Positions 46,855-52,988 of a DNA stretch of 52,988 bases are shown here, in pieces (the stretch's first letter is position 1; every line of letters starts with the position of its first letter). The notes beneath the pieces are model-generated. The model worked only from the letters and a program-made list of their open reading frames with translations. It was not told where the DNA came from and ran no database searches. The translations under genes were made by a program, and so were the position numbers. Source of the stretch: Thermoanaerobaculia bacterium (GTDB lineage Bacteria; Acidobacteriota; Thermoanaerobaculia; Gp7-AA8). The stretch covers positions 1 through 52,988 of the forward strand of contig DASYUK010000484.1 of the NCBI GenBank assembly GCA_036001325.1. The letters are read 5' to 3'.

Positions 46855-47772
46855 ATGGACCCAGCGATCGAAGTCAGCGGACTCAGGAAGGTGTATGGCC
46901 GGCGAATCACTGCGCTCGACGGCATTGACTTCACCGTCCGTCCCGGAGAGCTTTTCGGCCTTCTCGGACCGAACGGCGCGGGAAAGACCACTGCGGTCAA
47001 GATCCTCCTCGGACTCACGCCCGCCACCGCCGGCCGAGCGCTCGTGAGCGGTCTGCCGGTCTCGAATCCCGAGTCGCGACGGCGCGTCGGCTATCTGCCG
47101 GAGGGACACAGGATCCCCGGCTATCTGACCGCGAGGCAGGCGTTGTCGATCTTCGGCCGGATGTCGGAGATGGACAGCGTCGCGATCAAACGCCGCACCG
47201 CTGAGCTTCTCGAGAAGGTGCGGCTGTCGGGTTGGGCGGATGTGCGCGTGCGAAAGTTCTCGAAAGGCATGACGCAGCGCCTCGGGCTGGCCGCGGCGCT
47301 GATTCACGCACCGAACGTTCTGCTGCTCGATGAGCCGACCGATGGCGTCGATCCGGTCGGCCGCCGCGAGATCCGCGATCTCTTGCGCGATGAAGCGAAG
47401 AACGGCACGGCGGTGCTGCTCAATTCACATCTGCTGTCGGAGATCGAGCTGACGTGCGATCGCGTCGCCGTCTTGCGCAATGGAAAAGTAGCGGCCGCGG
47501 GAACGATCGATGAGCTGACGCGGAAATCGGCGAAGTACAAGATGGTCGCGACGCCGATCGACGACTCGCTCGTGGCTACCTTCCGCGACAGCGGCGCGGG
47601 CGTCGAGCGTGTCAACGGCCACCTCGTGTTGTCCGTTTCCGATCTTCAGCATTTGAACTCGCTCGTCGATGCGGCACGTTCGCAAGGAGCGGTGCTGTCG
47701 GAGCTCGCCCCTGTGCGGTCGACTCTCGAGGATGTCTTTGTCGATCTCATCCGCATGGAGCCCGGCCAATGA
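46855..47772 (+). CDS. ABC transporter ATP-binding protein (ABC-2 type exporter)
   Basis: GPNGAGKTT, FSKGMTQR, LLDEPTDGVD and LNSHLLSE motifs. Confidence 0.93.
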   Translation: MDPAIEVSGLRKVYGRRITALDGIDFTVRPGELFGLLGPNGAGKTTAVKILLGLTPATAGRALVSGLPVSNPESRRRVGYLPEGHRIPGYLTARQALSIFGRMSEMDSVAIKRRTAELLEKVRLSGWADVRVRKFSKGMTQRLGLAAALIHAPNVLLLDEPTDGVDPVGRREIRDLLRDEAKNGTAVLLNSHLLSEIELTCDRVAVLRNGKVAAAGTIDELTRKSAKYKMVATPIDDSLVATFRDSGAGVERVNGHLVLSVSDLQHLNSLVDAARSQGAVLSELAPVRSTLEDVFVDLIRMEPGQ

Positions 47773-48623
47773 AGGTGCTCATCGCAAATATCGAAGATGT
47801 CATGCGCGAGGCGGCTGCTCGCTGGACGTTAATCGCTTACTTCTTCTTGTCATCAATATTCATTCTGATATTCGCTTCCGCTATTAATCTCGATATTGTG
47901 GACGGCACACTCGCCGGAGCGAAGCTCTTCGGCAACGAAGTTCACATGCGCGGCAACAGCGATATCAGCATCGAGCGGCTCGTCCTCGGATTCGAGTCGG
48001 GCTTTTCGGCCATCCTCTACTTCCTCTGCACGTTTCTGGCGATCTTCGCCACCGCCCACCTCGTGCCGCGCCTTCAGGAGAAGGGGACGATCGATCTCTA
48101 TCTCTCCCGGCCGGTCAGCCGCGTGAAACTTCTGATGTCGCGCTACGTCGCCGGCATGCTCCTCGCCGCGAGCAATGTCGTCTATCTGCTCGGATCGATC
48201 TGGCTGATCGTCATGTGGAAGACACATGTCGTCCACCCACGCTTCTTCCTCGGCGGCGCGATCATCCTCTTCGTCATCGCCGTGCTGCTGGCGTTCGCGT
48301 TCCTCATCGGCGTGATCACATCATCCACGGCAGTGTCGATCATGGTCACGTACGGAACGTTCTTCTTCGCGGCGATGCTCGTCGGGCACGAGCGTTTCGA
48401 AGCCATGGTCTCGTCGGAATGGCAGGCGCGGTTGATCAAGACGATGTACTGGGTTCTGCCGAAGACGGCCGAGCTCGGGCGCGCCGTCGTCGCTTACGTC
48501 GCCGGCGATCAGATGCCGGCGCAATTCCGGGAGATCTCGCCGATGCTCTATGTCTCCACCGCCGCTTTCGGCGTGGGATGCTTGGTTCTCGCTTCCTGGT
48601 TCTTTCACCGAAAGGAGTTTTGA
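47769..48623 (+). CDS. ABC-2 type permease
   Basis: Multiple TM helices; EKGTIDLYLSRPVSR motif; ATGA-coupled to the ATPase gene. Confidence 0.88.
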   Translation: MKVLIANIEDVMREAAARWTLIAYFFLSSIFILIFASAINLDIVDGTLAGAKLFGNEVHMRGNSDISIERLVLGFESGFSAILYFLCTFLAIFATAHLVPRLQEKGTIDLYLSRPVSRVKLLMSRYVAGMLLAASNVVYLLGSIWLIVMWKTHVVHPRFFLGGAIILFVIAVLLAFAFLIGVITSSTAVSIMVTYGTFFFAAMLVGHERFEAMVSSEWQARLIKTMYWVLPKTAELGRAVVAYVAGDQMPAQFREISPMLYVSTAAFGVGCLVLASWFFHRKEF

Positions 48624-48624
48624 A

Positions 48625-49575
48625 ATGAAGAGAGTCGCAATCGCAGCAGCGCTGATCCTGGCCGCTTCGACCGCCATGGCCATCTCGAAGATCGACGCGC
48701 TGTCGCTCGTTCCGAACGATGCCGTAACGATCGGCGTCGTCCATATCAATCAGATCCGCACCAGCCCGCTCTCAGCGATGCTGTTCGAGCACACCGACAA
48801 CATCAGCAGCAACGGCGAGGCCGACAAGTTCCTGACCGAAGCCGGCCTCGACCCGGCGAAGGACGTCGATGTCGTCGTGGTGGCGACCTCGCCACGTACG
48901 AACCTCGGCCGTGAAGCCGATGTCGTCGTGCTCGCGGACGGCCGATTCAACATCGAACGGCTCAGCAGTGCATTGGTGAGCCGCGGCGCCGTCAAGAAGA
49001 ATGGATATCTCATCCTGCCCGATTCGGACAGCAAAGGCGCGGTCGCGTTTCCTGACTCGCACCTGGCGATCATGGGCACCGAGACTGCGGTGACCGAGGC
49101 GCTGGCGACTCGTGCGTCCGGCGGGAACACGTTTGCGACGGCGAGCTTCCTCGGCGGCTATCTGTCGCGCGTCGATGCGAATGCGACCGCGTGGGCGCTT
49201 GTCGACGTCGCGCGCGCGTCGCGTCTCACCGGCGCACCTCATGTGCCGCGCGGCCGCGATATGTCGGGTGAGGCGCTCGCCGCGGCCGTGCGCAACATCT
49301 CGACCGTTGGCCTGTGGGCCACCGACACCGGCAACGCGCTCAAGCTCGGCGCATTCGGTATGGCGAACGACGCGGAGACGCTCGAGCTCCTCGAGGACAC
49401 GCTGCGCGGCGTTCTGTCGGCCATGCGTCTGGCCGTGAAGGACACGCAGCCCGATCTCGTCTCCGTGCTGCGGCGTTTCGATGTCGAGCGCACGAAGGAC
49501 TCCGTGACGATCAACGGGACGATTCCAGAGGAGTCGTTGCGTAAGGTGATGACGAGACATCGAGCAGAGAAGTAA
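48625..49575 (+). CDS. Exported hypothetical protein (possibly DUF3352-like)
   Basis: Signal peptide MKRVAIAAALILAASTAMA, then LSLVPNDA and GLDPAKDVD; starts 1 bp after the permease stop. Confidence 0.65.
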   Translation: MKRVAIAAALILAASTAMAISKIDALSLVPNDAVTIGVVHINQIRTSPLSAMLFEHTDNISSNGEADKFLTEAGLDPAKDVDVVVVATSPRTNLGREADVVVLADGRFNIERLSSALVSRGAVKKNGYLILPDSDSKGAVAFPDSHLAIMGTETAVTEALATRASGGNTFATASFLGGYLSRVDANATAWALVDVARASRLTGAPHVPRGRDMSGEALAAAVRNISTVGLWATDTGNALKLGAFGMANDAETLELLEDTLRGVLSAMRLAVKDTQPDLVSVLRRFDVERTKDSVTINGTIPEESLRKVMTRHRAEK

Positions 49576-49583
49576 CCGCAGTT

Positions 49584-49674
49584 CCTTCTTCCCGCGGGAG
49601 AAGGTGCCGCGGAGCGGCGGATGAGGGGCGGCCCCTCACCCGGCCTTCGGCCACCCTCTCCCGGTGGGAGAGGG
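49584..49674. repeat. REP-like composite palindrome (family B, inverted orientation)
   Basis: The reverse complement begins CCCTCTCCCACCGGGAGAGGGTGGC, identical to the start of the 38826 copy. It lies between two convergent stops and could serve as a bidirectional terminator. Confidence 0.88.
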
Positions 49675-49680
49675 CCTTGA

Positions 49681-50388
49681 TCACACAAACCTCCGCAAGT
49701 GCTCTCTCCACCACGGCCAGTCGTGGCCGAAGACCCCGCCCCAGATCTCGAGGTGGTTGGGGATCCCTTTCCACGAGAGCATCGCCGAGAAATCGCGGTT
49801 CTGCTGGACGATCGAATCGTATTCGCCGGTGGCGATGACCCATCCGACGCGCGCAAGCTTCGTCGCCCACTCGCCGCTCATGTTCGGGATGTACGACGTC
49901 GGGTTGTGGAAGTAGCAGTTGTCGTCCCAGTAGCCATCGAGATACGGGTGGATGTCGTAAACGCCGGAGAAGCAGACGGCGCGGCTGACGACATCGGGAT
50001 AACGTGCCGCAAAGTTCGACGCGTGATACGCGCCGAAGCTCGCGCCATAGACGACGAGATCCCCGCGCTGCGCGCGATTGAAGATGTACGGCACCATCTC
50101 GTTGCGCAGATAGGAGTCGTACTGCACGTGCCGCGCAGCGCGCACCGCCGGATGAACGGACTTGTTGTACCAGCTCTCGTTGTTCACGGTGTCGACGAGC
50201 ACGAGCTGGATCTCTCCGGCATCGACTTTGTCGGCGAGCGACGAAGTCAATCCGAAATCTTCGTTCTCGTGGAAGCGGCCCGATGACGTCGGGAAGAGCA
50301 GCACCGGACGCCCGAACTTTCCGAACCAGAGAAACTCCATCGGACGATCCAGCGATGGGCTCCACCAGTTGACGTATTCACGGTACAT
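49681..50388 (-). CDS. Alpha/beta-hydrolase (putative esterase)
   Basis: WWSPSL, GRPVLLFPTS, nucleophile elbow GASFG, FSGVYD and GHDWPWW motifs. Start ATG 50388. Confidence 0.88.
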   Translation of the reverse strand: MYREYVNWWSPSLDRPMEFLWFGKFGRPVLLFPTSSGRFHENEDFGLTSSLADKVDAGEIQLVLVDTVNNESWYNKSVHPAVRAARHVQYDSYLRNEMVPYIFNRAQRGDLVVYGASFGAYHASNFAARYPDVVSRAVCFSGVYDIHPYLDGYWDDNCYFHNPTSYIPNMSGEWATKLARVGWVIATGEYDSIVQQNRDFSAMLSWKGIPNHLEIWGGVFGHDWPWWREHLRRFV

Positions 50389-50449
50389 GGCCGCATTGCC
50401 GAAGGCGCGCGCGATTCTATACGATGCCTCTCCCTCCGGAGGTCGCACG

Positions 50450-51412
50450 ATGCGCAAGAAAAGAGTCGGCTTGCTGTTCGGAATGGAAGACACGTTTCCG
50501 TGGGCGCTGATCAATGAGATCAACAATCGCGGCGGCGATCGAGTCGAAGCAGGCGCTGTCGAGATCTCCTATCTCAAAGACGACGGTGTGTTCCCCTACG
50601 ACGTCATCCTCGATCGCATCAGCCACGAAGTGCCCTTTTATCGCACGTATCTGAAGTGCGCGGTCGCATCGGGCGTCAAGATCGTCAACAACCCGATCTG
50701 GTGGTCCGCCGACGACAAGTTCTTCGACAACCTCGTGGCCAAGGCGGTGGGCGTGGCCGTGCCGCGAACGATTCTTCTTCCACACAAGCAATATCCGCCG
50801 AACACGGAAGCGAAATCATTTCGCAACATGAAGTGGGTGAACTGGGACGAAGTCTTCAGCTATCTGCGCTGGCCGATCTTCATGAAGCCTGCTTACGGCG
50901 GCGGATGGAGGGACGTGTACAAGGTGCACGACCCGACGGAGTTTTTCGCCGCGTACGATCAGACGCGCGACCTGGCGATGATGGCGCAGGAAGCGATCGA
51001 GTTCGATTCGTACTATCGCTGCTATGTTCTCGGCCGCAAGCGCGTGCGCATCATGCAATACAACCCCAAACAGCCGCATCACCTGCGCTACGCCGCCGAT
51101 TACCACACGCCGACGGAGCTCGAGCAACGCATGCATCGCGACGCCATCGCGCTGTGTGAAGGTCTCGGTTATGACATGAACACCGTCGAGTTCGCCGTGC
51201 GCGACGGCGTGCCGTATGCGATCGACTTCATGAACGCGGCGCCCGATGCGGACCTCTACTCGGTCGGTCAGGCCAACTTCGATTGGATGGTCAACAACAT
51301 GGCCGACGTGCTGATCGAGATCGTGACCGGCGGGAAGCCGCTCGAGCTGACCGGCAATTGGCCCCAGGTGATGAAGACGAACAAGCCGGCCGATCAACCG
51401 ATCGGTCGATGA
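50450..51412 (+). CDS. ATP-grasp protein (RimK/glutathione synthetase-like)
   Basis: YDVILDRISH, IVNNP, ADDKFF, PIFMKPAYGGG, MAQEAI, NTVEFA and IDFMN motifs; RBS GGAGG before ATG 50450. Confidence 0.88.
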   Translation: MRKKRVGLLFGMEDTFPWALINEINNRGGDRVEAGAVEISYLKDDGVFPYDVILDRISHEVPFYRTYLKCAVASGVKIVNNPIWWSADDKFFDNLVAKAVGVAVPRTILLPHKQYPPNTEAKSFRNMKWVNWDEVFSYLRWPIFMKPAYGGGWRDVYKVHDPTEFFAAYDQTRDLAMMAQEAIEFDSYYRCYVLGRKRVRIMQYNPKQPHHLRYAADYHTPTELEQRMHRDAIALCEGLGYDMNTVEFAVRDGVPYAIDFMNAAPDADLYSVGQANFDWMVNNMADVLIEIVTGGKPLELTGNWPQVMKTNKPADQPIGR

Positions 51413-51849
51413 GCTGCGCCGAAGTCCGCCGCAGACTCGATCGCTACGGCCTTCTGTTGCTTCAGGACAAGAAGCTGCCGAGCGTCGCGACGATCTTCGC
51501 CGGAGAGCCGATGTCTCGATCGTGGTGGAGTCACCCGCGTTCGCACGAGATGTTCCGATGTCTACGGAGCATCGAACACGAAGTGTTGACGACGCGACTG
51601 ATCAACGGCAAGGTGACGTACGTGCACAAGCGTCTTTGGCCCGCGCTTGCCGCAACCGGCACGCCCGTGACCGATGAGGTTCATACGGAGTCAGGGCGAC
51701 ACGAAAGGCGCGTCGAGACCTCGGAGTCGTGGGCGAAGCGATTGAAGGTGAAGCCGCTCGCCTCGGCCGCAGCAGGGCGCATGGAAATCGAAGCGGCCGC
51801 GGCCGCGCTCGGTGCGCCTCCGCGCTCGCTCCCGTGGCACTCACGATAG
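51409..51849 (+). CDS. Hypothetical protein, possible AlkZ-related winged-helix domain
   Basis: ATGA-coupled to the ATP-grasp gene; SWWSHP and RLINGKVTYVHKRLWPAL motifs. The family call is tentative. Confidence 0.6.
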   Translation: MSCAEVRRRLDRYGLLLLQDKKLPSVATIFAGEPMSRSWWSHPRSHEMFRCLRSIEHEVLTTRLINGKVTYVHKRLWPALAATGTPVTDEVHTESGRHERRVETSESWAKRLKVKPLASAAAGRMEIEAAAAALGAPPRSLPWHSR

Positions 51850-51860
51850 ACTTCGGCGCG

Positions 51861-52967
51861 ATGCCCGCTCAGCCCTCCTTCACTCTCGGGATCGAAGAGG
51901 AGTTCCAGGTCGTCGACCCGCAGACGCGCGAGCTCAAGTCGCACATCCAGGAGATGTTCGCCGAGGGCGAGAAGCGGCTGAAGGACGAGATCAAGCGAGA
52001 GATGCACGACGCCGTCATCGAGGTGGGAACGCCGATCTGCCAGAACGTCGATCACGCGCGGCGGGAAGTGGCGCGGCTGCGCGGCGAGATCATCAAGCTG
52101 ACGAAAGAAAACGGACTGCGCATCGCCGCGGCCGGAACGCATCCGATCACGCATTGGTCCAACGTACCGATCACGTCGCACGCACGGTATGACCAGATCG
52201 TGTACGACCTGCAGATGGTCGCGCGCGCGAATCTGATCTTCGGTCTGCACGTGCACGTGGCCATCGAGGATCACGAGACGCGCATCCAGATCATGAACGC
52301 GGCGCGCTACTTTCTGCCGCACATTTTCGCGCTCTCGGTGAACTCGCCGTTCTGGTGCGGGCACAACACCGGCTGGAAGAGCTATCGCGCGAAAGTCTTC
52401 GAGCGATTTCCGCGCACCGGCCTGCCCGACTCCTTCCGCTCATCGGGCGAGTTCGACGAATACGTGCAGGTGCTCATCCAGACCAAGTGCATCGACAACG
52501 CGAAGAAGATCTGGTGGGACGTGCGGCCGCATCCCTTCTTCCCCACTCTGGAGTACCGCATCTGCGACGTGCCGCTGCGCATCGATGAAACGATCTGCTT
52601 CGCCGCGCTGTTTCAGGCGGTGACTGTGAAACTCTGGCGCGTCTACAACAAGAACATGTCGTGGCGGCTCTACCGGCGCTCGCTGCTCAACGAGAACAAA
52701 TCGCGCGCCGCGCGCTTTGGCGTCGACGGCAAGCTGATCGACTTCGGCAAGCGCGAGGAGGTCCCGTTCGAAGTGCTGCTCGACGAGCTCCTCGAATTCG
52801 TCGATGATGTCGTCGACGACCTCGGCTCGCGCAAGGATGTGTATTACGCGCGCGAGATCGTCCGGCATCGACCGGGCGCCGATCGTCAGCTTGCCGCGTA
52901 CGAGCAGCGTCACGACATACGCGATGTGGTCGACTACATCATCTCCGAAACGGAGCACGGAATTTGA
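51861..52967 (+). CDS. Carboxylate-amine ligase, YbdK/GCS2 family (glutamate--cysteine ligase-like)
   Basis: FTLGIEEEFQVVD, IEVGT, AGTHP, IFGLHVHV, SVNSPFW, IWWDVRPHP, TLEYRICD and ENKSRAARFG motifs. Confidence 0.93.
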   Translation: MPAQPSFTLGIEEEFQVVDPQTRELKSHIQEMFAEGEKRLKDEIKREMHDAVIEVGTPICQNVDHARREVARLRGEIIKLTKENGLRIAAAGTHPITHWSNVPITSHARYDQIVYDLQMVARANLIFGLHVHVAIEDHETRIQIMNAARYFLPHIFALSVNSPFWCGHNTGWKSYRAKVFERFPRTGLPDSFRSSGEFDEYVQVLIQTKCIDNAKKIWWDVRPHPFFPTLEYRICDVPLRIDETICFAALFQAVTVKLWRVYNKNMSWRLYRRSLLNENKSRAARFGVDGKLIDFGKREEVPFEVLLDELLEFVDDVVDDLGSRKDVYYAREIVRHRPGADRQLAAYEQRHDIRDVVDYIISETEHGI

Positions 52968-52988
52968 ACCGACGCGACATCCACGCTT

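Overview
A GC-rich, gene-dense bacterial chromosomal segment. The gene content and repeat style suggest Acidobacteriota (inference only). It has no CRISPR array, integrase, transposase or prophage genes that I could recognise. Housekeeping content: mnmA, maeB, lolA-tgt-yajC-secD-secF, trmFO, tRNA-Pro(GGG), and tRNA-Ser(TGA) with tRNA-Ser(GCT). Best candidates for unusual biology: (1) a tightly coupled 7-gene minus-strand operon (14998-22461) joining a PspA/IM30 (ESCRT-III-like) protein, two uncharacterised coiled-coil/membrane proteins, a NitT/TauT-type ABC importer whose binding protein is fused to an OmpA domain, and a classical AAA ATPase; (2) a probable selenoprotein missed by the ORF track, a DedA-rhodanese fusion with an in-frame TGA in a YCT-U-PNE motif, a SECIS-like hairpin and a true stop at 34785; (3) a cobalamin-riboswitch operon with btuB, a DUF6580-like membrane protein, a signal-less BtuF-like protein and a PP-loop ATPase; (4) a GHMP kinase with a ~290 aa extension; (5) three enzyme modules of unknown function (ATP-grasp + Zn peptidase with a possible ATA start; nucleotidyltransferase + metallophosphoesterase; esterase / ATP-grasp / GCS2 ligase); (6) an HhH-like insert in SecF, an orphan MglA-like GTPase, an ECF sigma/anti-sigma/HEAT module with candidate ECF promoters, and three families of palindromic intergenic repeats. 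All family assignments come from recognising motifs by eye; no database searches were run. Many start codons were re-assigned relative to the ORF track.
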